64,000 nucleotides of DNA, from the NCBI GenBank assembly GCA_030390025.1, contig CM059432.1, positions 7,750,001-7,814,000 on the forward strand, written 5' to 3'. Below, piece by piece: positions 34,536 through 44,259 of the stretch; positions within the stretch are counted from its first letter, which is position 1; the number at the start of each line of letters is the position of its first letter. The notes beneath the pieces are model-generated. The model was not told where the DNA came from. It searched no databases and saw only the letters and a program-made list of their open reading frames with translations. Both the position numbers and the translations under genes were made by a program. Source of the DNA: Squalus acanthias. Its lineage: Eukaryota.

Positions 34536-37350
34536 CGGATTTCCAGCATCTGCAGTATTTTGCTATCGTATTAGTGCTTGGTTCACTGCCACCTCTCTTC
34601 TTGGAATGCCTACCTTGAAGAAGTTCTGCTCTTCTCTTCGACGGGATTTCCGTTTGGCTCTTCAACCTTGTTCATCTTCATTGATTTCAGTTTCCCTTCT
34701 CGTGTTTGATCAGGTATCTGCCAAGACTCGGTTTCACAGCCACATTACTTTCCTCAGCAACTGTCTCCGGTTCCGACTTATCCCACGTGGATTCCAACTA
34801 AACTTCCACCCTTCGTGTTTCGGATCCACCCAGGATTACAAATATCTCCAAGATATTCATCGTTCCTCGAACTACTGCTCTCGCCGCATCTTGAGATCCA
34901 CGCTCAATGCCATGCGGCGCCACATGAACACTCTCGACATCTCTCTTCAGCAGCACCGACGCACTCTATCTCAAAGCTGTCCGGGTCCACAGTTCCATTT
35001 CATCCTTAGACTCATCCGACGCTTCAACAAAAAACTTTTCTTCTTCCTTTCCGATGTCAAGGATCGCAAGCTTCAACAACTCTTGGACACTAAAGCCCCT
35101 CCGGAACCTTCTTCCCCTTCACTTTCCTCTGACCCCCCTTCTCCCAATCTCACCCCCTGCCGCGTTTTCACTATCCCCTCTGACCTTCCCCTCTCTGACT
35201 CCGAACGATCAGTCCTCAGCAAAGGCCTGAGCTTCATCCCCTTACGCCCCCATCTCAATGAATTTCGAGCTCGGCACGATGCTGAGCTCTTTTTCCGCCG
35301 CCTCCGTCTCCGTGCCCACTTCTCTGGCCAGGAGTCTTCCCCCCGCACGGCTGACCCTTTCTCCCGCTTTCAGAATTCTCGTTCCACCTGGACCCCTCCC
35401 TCTGGCCTCTTACCCTCTCTTGATCTTTTCATTGCTAACTGCCGCCGTGACATCGGCCAGCTCAATTTCTCTGCTCCCCTCACTCACTCCAACCTACCTC
35501 CCTCTGAACTTGCAGCACTCCATTCTCTCCGATCCAACCCTGACATTGTCATTAAACCTGCTGACAAGGGTGGCGCTGTTGTTGTTTGGCGAACCGACCT
35601 CTACCTAGCGGAAGTTGAACGCCAACTCTCTGACACCTCCTCCTACCTCCACCTGGACCATGACCCCACTACCGAACATCAAGCCACCGTGTCCAAGACT
35701 GTCACTGACCTCATCTCCTCTGGAGATCTTCCCCCCACGGCCGCCAACCTCATAGTTCCCCAACCCCGCACAGCCCGCTTCTACCTCCTTCCCAAGATCC
35801 ACAAACAGGACTGCCCCGGTAGACCCATCGTTTCAGCCTGTTCTTGCCCCACGGAACTTATCTCTTCCTATCTCGACTCTATTTTTTCTCCCCTTGTCCA
35901 GTCTCTTCCCACCTACATCCGCGACTCTTCCGATGCCCTCCGCCATTTTAACAGTTTCCAGTTTCCCGGCCCCAACCGTCTCCTCTTCACTATGGACGTA
36001 CAATCCCTCTACACCTCCATTCCCCACCAGGATGGCCTGAGGGCGCTCCGCTTCTTCCTTGAACAGAGGCCCAACCAGTCCCCATCCACCACCACCCTCC
36101 TCCGCCTGGCTGAACTTGTTCTCACATTGAACAACTTCTCCTTTGACTCTACCCATTTCCTCCAAATTAAAGGTGTTGCTATGGGTACCCGCATGGGTCC
36201 TAGCTATGCCTGCCTTTTCGTGGGATATGTGGAACACTCTTTGTTCCAGTCCTACTCGGGTCCCCTCCCTCACCTCTTTTTCCGGTACATTGATGACTGT
36301 ATCGGTGCCGTCTCCTGCTCTCGCCCTGAACTAGAACATTTCATTCACTATGCTTCCAATTTCCACCCTTCCCTCACCTTCACATGGTCCATCTCCGACT
36401 CTTCTCTTCCCTTCCTCGACTTCTTCATCTCCATCTCTGGGGATAGGTTATTGACTAACATTCACTACAAGCCCACCGACTCCCACAGCTACCTGGACTA
36501 CACTTCCTCCCACCCCGCCTCCTGTAAGGACTCTATTCCATTCTCCCAGTTTCTCCGTCTCCGCCGCATCTGCTCTGATGATGCCACCTTCCATACCAGT
36601 GCTTCCGACATGTCTTCCTTTTTCCTCAACCGAGGATTCCCCTCTACCGTGGTCGACGCGGCCCTCGACCGTGTCCGTTCTATCTCCCGCACATCTGCCC
36701 TCACCCCTGCCCCTCCCTCCCGGAACCACGATAGGGTTCCCCTTGTCCTCACCTTTCACCCCACCAGCCTCCACATTCAACGGATCATCCTCCGCCATTT
36801 CCGCCACCTCCAGCGTGATCCCACCACCAAACACATCTTCCCCTCACCTCCCCTTTCAGCATTCCGCAGGGACCGCTCCCTCCGCGACACCCTAGTCCAC
36901 TCCTCTACCACCCCCAGCACCCCTTCCCCCGGCACCTTCCCGTGCACGCGCAGGAGATGCAACACATGCCCTTATACCTCCCCTCTTCCCACTGTCCAGG
37001 GCCCCAAACACCCCTTCCAGGTGAAACAGCGATTTACTTGTACTTCCTGCAATTTAGTATACTGTATTCGCTGCTCACGATGTGGACTCCTCTACATTGG
37101 GGAGACCAAACGCAGATTGGGTGACCGCTTTGCGGAACACCTCCGTTCAGTCCGTAAGGGGGACCCCGAGCTCCCGGTGGCCTGTCACTTTAATTCACCG
37201 CTTCACTCCCACTCTGACCTCACCGTCCTCGGCCTAATACACTGTTCCACGGAAGCTCAGCGTAAGCTCGAGGAACAGCACCTCATCTTTCGTTTAGGCA
37301 CGCTACAGCCCTCTGGACTCAATATCGAGTTCAACAATTTTAGATCATAA
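34441..37350 (+). CDS. Penelope-like reverse transcriptase plus GIY-YIG endonuclease (969-codon frame; true start may be 34489 or 34606)
   Basis: IKPADKGGAVVV, YLLPKIHK, GRPIVS, MDVQSLYT, GVAMG, FRYIDD, Cys-rich linker FPCTRRRCNTC, VYCIRCSRCGLLYIGETKR, GLN; no stops or frameshifts. Confidence 0.96.
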   Translation: MKGHRPETSTLFLSPRMLPGLLSFSSVFCCYFGFPASAVFCYRISAWFTATSLLGMPTLKKFCSSLRRDFRLALQPCSSSLISVSLLVFDQVSAKTRFHSHITFLSNCLRFRLIPRGFQLNFHPSCFGSTQDYKYLQDIHRSSNYCSRRILRSTLNAMRRHMNTLDISLQQHRRTLSQSCPGPQFHFILRLIRRFNKKLFFFLSDVKDRKLQQLLDTKAPPEPSSPSLSSDPPSPNLTPCRVFTIPSDLPLSDSERSVLSKGLSFIPLRPHLNEFRARHDAELFFRRLRLRAHFSGQESSPRTADPFSRFQNSRSTWTPPSGLLPSLDLFIANCRRDIGQLNFSAPLTHSNLPPSELAALHSLRSNPDIVIKPADKGGAVVVWRTDLYLAEVERQLSDTSSYLHLDHDPTTEHQATVSKTVTDLISSGDLPPTAANLIVPQPRTARFYLLPKIHKQDCPGRPIVSACSCPTELISSYLDSIFSPLVQSLPTYIRDSSDALRHFNSFQFPGPNRLLFTMDVQSLYTSIPHQDGLRALRFFLEQRPNQSPSTTTLLRLAELVLTLNNFSFDSTHFLQIKGVAMGTRMGPSYACLFVGYVEHSLFQSYSGPLPHLFFRYIDDCIGAVSCSRPELEHFIHYASNFHPSLTFTWSISDSSLPFLDFFISISGDRLLTNIHYKPTDSHSYLDYTSSHPASCKDSIPFSQFLRLRRICSDDATFHTSASDMSSFFLNRGFPSTVVDAALDRVRSISRTSALTPAPPSRNHDRVPLVLTFHPTSLHIQRIILRHFRHLQRDPTTKHIFPSPPLSAFRRDRSLRDTLVHSSTTPSTPSPGTFPCTRRRCNTCPYTSPLPTVQGPKHPFQVKQRFTCTSCNLVYCIRCSRCGLLYIGETKRRLGDRFAEHLRSVRKGDPELPVACHFNSPLHSHSDLTVLGLIHCSTEAQRKLEEQHLIFRLGTLQPSGLNIEFNNFRS

Positions 37351-37742
37351 CCTCAGCTCCAATCACATTTATATTTTATTTTATCCACCTTTTTATTTGT
37401 CCCCCCCACCTTTTTTTTTTTTTTTTTTTTTTCCTCCTAGAAGCTGGCAGCTGTCCTTCATTCTGCCAGTAGATTTCACACTTCATTCAGCCTTAATCTG
37501 TCACATTAACACCACCTCTAGCCTTGCATATCTCTTAATGTCTCTTAATGTCTCTTCATCTCCTCCTTTGTTCCTTTATCCCCTCCCCCTTTTCCCAGCT
37601 TTACCCTGGCCTTAAATCTATTTGATTTCCAGCTCTTCCCAGTTCTGATGAAAGGTCATCGACCTGAAACGTCAACTCTCTTTCTCTCTCCACGGATGCT
37701 GCCTGGCCTGCTGAGTTTTTCCAGCGTTTTCTGTTGTTATTT
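37327..37742 (+). repeat. 3' pseudo-LTR of the Penelope element
   Basis: Direct repeat of 34125-34535. Confidence 0.95.
37641..37677 (+). ncRNA. minimal type I hammerhead ribozyme (GUC site)
   Basis: Identical to 34434-34470. Confidence 0.85.
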
Positions 37743-38629
37743 AAATAGAGGTGTTCAAAATCATGAAGAGTTTTGATGGAGTAAATAAGGAGAAACTGTT
37801 TCCAGTGACAGGAGGGTCGCTAACCAGAGGACACAGATTTAAGGTGATTGGCAAAAGAACCAGAGGGGACATAAGGAGACATTTTTTTACACAGCGAGTT
37901 GTTGTGATCTGGAATGCGCTGCCTGAAAGGGCGGCGGAAGCAGATTCAATAGTAACTTTCAAAAGGGAATTCGATACATACTTGAAGGGAAGAAAATTTA
38001 CAGGGCTATGGGGAAAGAGCAGGGGAGTGGGATTAATTGGAGAGCTCTACCAAAGCGCCGGCACAGGCAGGATGGGCTGAATGGCCTCCTTCAGTGCTGT
38101 ATCATTCTATGATTCTAAATGACCAGTTCATCTGTTTCAGTGATAAATGTTGGTCAGTAACTCCCCGGCACATCTTTAAATTGTGCCACGGGATCTTCTA
38201 CAGCCACCTGAGAGGGCAGACTCTTTAACCTGGTTTAATTTTGCATCCAAAACACAGCATCTCTGACAGTGCAGCACTCCCTCGGTAATGCAGTAAAGTG
38301 CCAGCCATGATCATGTGCTCAGGCCTCTGAAGTGGATCTTGAACCCACAACCTTGCGGCTCAGATGCAAGAGTGACCATTGTAGCCATTGCTTCCCCTCC
38401 AAATACATAGGGCTGACCCTAATGAATCTTCGGGGATCGGAGCTCATTAGGCATTCAGAGCGAAGCCCCAGTGTGTAATCTGTCAGTGATCGGGAACCCT
38501 CTGTTTTTAGGGTGGGCTATCCAGCACTGCTGCGGTCATTTAAAAGCCTGCTGCAATTGCTTAACGGCTATTACATTTTTAAGGCCAAAATGTTACCCGC
38601 ACTTCTCCAGCACTACACGGTGTGGGAAT

Positions 38630-38940
38630 AGAGCATTTCAATTCAGTTAATAAATAAAAATCTGGAATAAAAAGCTAGTATCAGCAAGGATGCCCATGTA
38701 ACTACCGGATTGTCGTAAAAACCCATCTGGTTCAGTAATGTCTTTTAGGGAAGGAAATCTGCCGTCCTTACCCAGTCTGGCCTATATGTGACTGCAGACC
38801 CACAGCAATCTGGTTGACTGTTAACTGCCCCTCTGAAATGGCCCAGCGAGCCACTCAGTTAAGGGAAATTAGGGATGGGCAATAAATGCTGGCCTTGCCA
38901 GTGACGGACAAATACCGTGAATGAATAAAGAAAAAAAAAA
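38630..38940 (+). mobile_element. SINE family B (head missing)
   Basis: Conserved body, LINE-X-like tail, poly(A). Confidence 0.8.
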
Positions 38941-39319
38941 TAGCCTGCTCCTGTTCCTATGATCCTCCTTTAATCAAAGTGTTGCCTACTTAAGAACCGC
39001 TGCAATTTTAATACTAAGATAAATTAATACATAATGGGCATTGCAGATCATGAAGAACATCTCTGCAAAGCAAACATTTTCAAGGCATCTTCAAACTAAC
39101 TCTCGTGAAACCTTTGCTGCTGATATGATTCATTTCCTCAGCACTGACTGATCGCCTGTTACATCAGATTCCAGCTTTTGTCTCACACCGTACTTTAATT
39201 CCTGATCGCGTGGCAACTGTTAAGCATTTATTTTTGTGACTACTCCTGTTTCTATCATGAGGTAGTTCTGAGCGTGCTTTGAAACCTCATCAGCACGTTA
39301 CAAACTTTATACTACGTTG

Positions 39320-39709
39320 TGACATGAATCTTGTCATTCATGTATGAAATAATACTGGGCGGCCTGCTGGTGGCGCTGTCCAGGGAGAGTATAAATACTC
39401 GGGCATGGACCCAGCTTGCTTAGGACATTCTTTAACAGGAACTAGTAAAGGACAGAACTAGATCTCCATGTTGAAAAACAGTTGATTAAAGCTTTGTTTA
39501 ACGCTTAGACCAAGTGCCTAGTAGTTTTCTTACATCAATTTAATCAACTGTTTTTCAACATGGAGGTCTAGTTGTGTCCTTCACTAGTTCCTGTTGAGGA
39601 ATGTCCTAAGCAAGCTGGGCCCATGCCCGAGTATTTATACTCTCCCTGGACAGCACCACCAGCAGGCCGCCCAGTATTACTTCATACATGAATGACAAGA
39701 TTCATGTCA
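39320..39709. repeat. fold-back element: 171-bp inverted arms, 48-bp spacer, TG..CA ends, 5-bp TSD
   Basis: 39320-39490 is the reverse complement of 39539-39709 with about 8 mismatches; cgttg at 39315-39319 and 39710-39714. Confidence 0.92.
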
Positions 39710-39919
39710 CGTTGTATATTCTGACAGATTACAATGCACACAAATGTACAGAAGGCTTATAACTGGGACATACAGCTCATCAGAATGGGTTTAAAATCTC
39801 GCCCCCTTTATTGTGGCTCTTCAGTGTGTAACAAAAATTACACCATGACTGGACGAATTGGGAAGATGAATAGGGTGTTTCAAATCATCAAAAAAGTTGA
39901 TTTTTTCAACAGTTAATAG

Positions 39920-40859
39920 AATGTCTAGGCCTTGGAGAGGCTGCGGAGGAGATACCAGGGGTGAGGGACTTCCGTTACGTGGAGGGGCAGGCGAAGCTGG
40001 GATTGTTCTCCTTGGAGCAGAAAAGGTTAAGGGGAGATTCAATAAAGGTGTTAAAAATCATGAACGGATTTGATAGAGCAAATAAGGAGAAACTGTTTCC
40101 AGTGGCAGAAGTGTCGGTAACCAGAGGTCACAGATTTAAAAGAAAAGAAAGTCTTGCATTTATATAGCGCCTTTCATGACCACCGGACGTCCCAAAGCAC
40201 TTTACAGCCAATGAACTACTTTTTTTTTTGAAGTGGAGTCACTGTTGTAATGTGGGAAACGCAGCAGCCAATTTGCGCACAGCAAGGTCCCACAAACAGC
40301 AATGTGATAATGACCAGATAAACTGTTTTTGTTATGTTGGTTGAGGGATAAATATTGGCTCAGGGACAGCTACCCTGCTCTTCTTCGAAATAACGCCATG
40401 GGATCTTTTACGTCCACCTGAGAGAGCAGACAGGGCCTCGGTTTAACCTCTCATCCTCCGACAGTGCAGCACTCCCTCAGCACGGCACTGGAGTGTCAGC
40501 CTAGCTTTATGTGCTTTAAGTCCCTGGAGTGGGACTTGAACCCACAACCTTCTGATTCAGACGCGAGGTTGCTACCCACTGAGTCACATCTGACACTAGG
40601 TAATTGGCAAAAGAACCAGAGGCGAGAGGAGGAAAAAAATTTTATGCAGCGAGTTGTGATCTGGAATGCGCTGCCTGGAAGGGAAGCAGATCCAATAGTA
40701 ACTTTCAAAAGGGGAATTGGATAAATACTTGAAGGGGGAAAATTTGCAGGGCCCCGGGGAAAGAGCGGGGGGTGAGTGGGACTAATTGGTTCGCTCTTTC
40801 AAAGAACCAGCACAGGCACGATGGGCCGAATGGCCACCTTCTGTGCTGTAAGATTCTAT
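39920..40859 (+). mobile_element. CR1 3' fragment interrupted by a SINE
   Basis: [15 protein letters not shown]...TRGHRFK, resumes at about 40598 to the 3'UTR and tail. Confidence 0.85.
40140..40596 (-). mobile_element. DeuSINE, SacSINE1-like
   Basis: Head, core and tail as other copies. Confidence 0.87.
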
Positions 40860-41487
40860 GGGGGAAAAATTCGGTTGCTAACGGGGGCGCTAATGGGGCG
40901 CAAAGCAGCTCGTGGCCGGACACGGCGCCACCAACGCCTCCCACAAAATTCAGCGGGAGGTTAGAGGCAGCGCCAACCATTATGCCCCGCGGCGCTGCGC
41001 TGCCGGCGATGATGTCATCGCTGTGCACAGCGCCCGCTTGTGCCCCGGCCGCGATCTTTGGTAGCGCCCCCCTGACTTACCTCCGGACGCTATGTCCGAC
41101 AGGGACAGGGGGGCTTACCTGCAGCCGGGGCGGCGCTATTTAAAGGCGAGGTACTGGGCGGTCATTTTTGTTGCTGGCCGCCTGCCAGCACCTGCCTCTG
41201 CTGCTGTCCCCGCCCTCCTGACCCGCCCCCCCCCCCCGCGGAGTGCCGGCTGCGCTCCATGAGCCTGGCACTTCTCTTGAGTGCCGGGCTCCTTTGCCGG
41301 CACTCCCGATCCCCGGGTGCCCAGCTGGGCCCCGGGTTGCACTGCGCAAGGCCCCTCCCCTTTAAGAATGGGAGGTAGGCACGTAGCGCTGCGATATTCC
41401 CTCACAGCGCCCCAAGAGGGAGGCGGCTAAAAGTAGCGCCCCGGCGAAGTTAGCGCCCCAAAGGGGGCGCGACTCAAATTTTCACCC
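40860..41487. mobile_element. PIF/Harbinger MITE, TAT TSD, in a CR1 tail
   Basis: TIR gggggaaaaatt / aaattttcaccc, TAT both sides, gcgcc-rich subterminal repeats as in 16615 and 48869. Confidence 0.88.
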
Positions 41488-41746
41488 TATGATTTATGTA
41501 TAAGAGGTGTCCGGCCACTGTAAATCCAGTTCTGCTTGCTTGGAGAAAATGCCCGTCACAGTGTGGCATGAATAAAAATAACCGCAAAGGCATTATTCCT
41601 GTCCAAAGTTGCTTTGATGGCAAAGCACGTGTAACCCACTCACCACAAAGTGCTGGATTTATCCAGCAGGCCATAAAACGAAAGTCCTTGGTAACACGTA
41701 CTAATTAGCTGGCATCTCATATCCAACAGCAGTTCTGGAAATCATT

Positions 41747-42058
41747 GGGCTGTAATTTGCGGTCAGCGGTGAAGCGAAGGTAAGTTTCGCACAAGGATCT
41801 CGCGACCTCTGTGGCGAGAAGTTCGGGGCTATTCTGACGCGTAATTGAAAATCAACGCACTGTAGTGGGGATCCCCTAGTGCGTGCTGCTGTGACGTCAA
41901 CAGGCTGTCTAAGCAGCCAATCAAAAGGCAGAATTTTCACAGACAGCGAACCAGGAAGTGGGTAAGCTCTTAAAATTCTAACTTTTAAAAAAATGTTAGA
42001 GAGAGCAAAAGAAAGATTGGGGCTCTCACATGGGGAAAAGGCAAACCTGAAATACCCC
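41747..42058. mobile_element. truncated Harbinger-type MITE
   Basis: Begins gggctgtaatttgcggtc, like the termini of 60320-61097; other end lost. Confidence 0.55.
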
Positions 42059-42226
42059 AAAGGGCTGTGGATGCTCAGTCATTGAATACTTTCAAGTCTG
42101 AGATCGCTAGATTTTTTTGACTCGAAGGGAATCAAGGGACATGGGGATCGGGCGGGAAAGTGGAGTTGAGGTCGAAGATCAGCCGTGATCTTATTAAATG
42201 GTGGAGCAGGCTCGAGGGGCCGTATG
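42059..42226 (+). mobile_element. CR1 3' end fragment
   Basis: agggctgtggatgctcag...gggcgggaaagtggagttgag and 3'UTR. Confidence 0.8.
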
Positions 42227-42244
42227 GAATGTGAAGCCTTATAT

Positions 42245-42430
42245 TTTTTTTTCGCTTATGGGATGTGAGCGCCGCTGGCAAGGCCCAACATTTATTGCCC
42301 GTCCCTAGTTGCCCTTGAGAAGGTGGTGGTGAGCCACCTTCTTGAACCGCTGCAGTCCGTGTGGTGAAGGTGCTCCCACAGTGCCGTTAGCGAGGAAGTT
42401 CCAGGATTTTGACCCAGCGACGATGAAGGA
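42245..42430 (-). mobile_element. LINE-X 3' fragment
   Basis: Reverse complement of 46960-47140. Confidence 0.85.
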
Positions 42431-42991
42431 TATGATACAAACTAATGGCTTACCAAAGACTGGAGTTTGAAACCTCACGTGGTATTTGAAAGTAGCTGAA
42501 GCGGCACTAACGAGAGGTACAACCCGATTATAATAAACTCTTTAAAAGCTGCTTGCTACTGCATTAGAAAGATCAATTTCTCAATTGGAAGTGACTTCGT
42601 AACAGAAGAAAATTTTCAACTCTAATGTGAACACGTTATGTGAAAACAGTTAACAAGTCAGGTTACAAAGCTACTACACGAACTTACGCTGCTGTTGCTG
42701 ATAGTCTTGAGCCAAAGTGCAGTGTAATAATAAATATTAATTTCCTAAGTTTGAAATATTAAAAAGAGCATAAACCCTGGGGGAACTGCAGCAGAAGCCA
42801 TGTCTGGATGAACAACCATGATCTTTATTTGAAGGGGAGCCACGTGCCAGTTACAATTCACTTTAGAATGATTGAGTCAGTGGCCCACTGCACTTCTATT
42901 GATCTTGCATGTGCTCAGAAAAGGAACCTGAGCCTTCGACATTCGCAATGTTTAGGAAATCAAACGGTCCCTGCTGTTGCAGTTTACAGTG

Positions 42992-43380
42992 CGGTAGCAC
43001 GGTGGTTATGTTACTGGACGAGTTAATGCAGGGGCCTGGAGGAATGATCTTGGCAGCTATGAGTTCAAATCCCGCCACGACAGCTGGGGAATTTAAATTC
43101 AAGTTATAAAATTATAATATGGAATTTTTAAAAAAATGCTGACATCCGTAATGGATTGTAAAAACCCATCTGGTTCACGAATCGGCCGTCCTTACCCGGT
43201 CGGAGCCTCAATGTGACTCCAGACCCACAGCAATGTGGTCAACTCTTAACTGCTGCCCTCTGCCACTCAGTTGTATTCAAGAAGGCGGCTCACCACCACC
43301 GTCTCGAGGGCAGTTAGGGATGGGCAATAAATGCCGGCCTTGCCAGCGATGTCCGCATCCCATGAATGAATAAAAAAAAT
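42992..43380 (+). mobile_element. SINE family B
   Basis: tRNA-like head ggtagcacggtggtta...gagttcaaatccc, LINE-X-like tail, poly(A). Confidence 0.82.
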
Positions 43381-43614
43381 AAGAGACACTGGGGTGCATT
43401 TTCCAAAAGTCATTCCCGCATTCCTCTGTGTGCTTTTTTTAAGGTAATGTTAACCCATTTATGTTACCCCAGTTAATGCACAGCGAGGATCTTAGTTAAG
43501 CATTTGTACGGGAGCATTGCTGCCTGGAAAATTTATCCCAACAGCCTTTTATTAATTAATGCAAGGCATGACGATCGTTTAATATTCTAGGTCATGTGTC
43601 TTGGGCTTTTCCTA

Positions 43615-44235
43615 AAATCGGAGAGTTAACGTTTCAGGTTGGTGACCTTCCATCGGAACAATAACACAGAGACAAAACACTGTGGATGCTGGAACTCTGA
43701 AATACAAACAGAAAATGCTGAGAAATACTCACCCGGTCGGGCAGCATCCGTGGGGAGAGAAACAGAGTTAACGTTTCAGGTCGATGACCTTTCGTCAGAA
43801 CTGGAAAAAGTTAGAGATGTAACAGATTTTTAAGCAAGTGCAGAGGCAGGGAAAGCAGGGAGGGGAGGAAAGAACAAAAGGGAAGGTCTGTGATAGGATG
43901 GAAGGCAGGAGAGATTAACTGACAAAAGGGATGTTGGTGCAAGGCAAAAGGAGATGGTAATGGGACAAGTAAAGGAACAAAAGATGACTCTAGAGGAGGT
44001 GTAAATAGCAATGGCAGAATCATTACTAGCTATCTGACAAAAATGGGAGCAGTGGCTATGATCTGAAATTGTTGAACTTGATGTTGAGTCCTGAAGGCTG
44101 TAAAGTGCCTAATTGAAAGATGAGGTGCTGCTCCTCGACCTTACGTTGAGCTTCATTGGAACAGTGTAGGAGGCCGAGGACGGAAAGGTTAGAGTGGGAG
44201 TGGAGCGGAGAATTAACATGGCAAGCGACTGGAAC
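43615..44235 (-). mobile_element. Penelope-like fragment with two tandem hammerhead motifs
   Basis: PVACHVNS...GLNIKFNNFRS plus terminal repeat on the minus strand. Confidence 0.9.
43766..43802 (-). ncRNA. minimal type I hammerhead ribozyme
   Basis: Minus strand agtt-CTGACGA-a-aggtc(atc)gacct-GAAA-cg-TT-aact. Confidence 0.8.
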
Positions 44236-44259
44236 TGCCTTCCACCCAATCACAGACCT

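Larger units (their letters stand above)
34125..37742 (+). mobile_element. complete Penelope-like retroelement (Neptune-type) with direct pseudo-LTRs and TSD
   Basis: About 410-bp direct repeats, intact ORF, atttaaatagagg at 34113-34125 and 37739-37751. Confidence 0.97.
33370..38117 (+). mobile_element. CR1 3' fragment hosting a second CR1 and the full-length Penelope
   Basis: Pieces at about 33370-33554, 33990-34125 and 37743-38117 join into one CR1 ORF2 end, 3'UTR and attctatg tail. Confidence 0.85.

Noticed and set aside
39320..39709. DIRS-type inverted LTR element or miRNA precursor
   Set aside because: No internal ORFs, a TSD is present (DIRS lack them), and the 171-bp stem is far longer than a pre-miRNA
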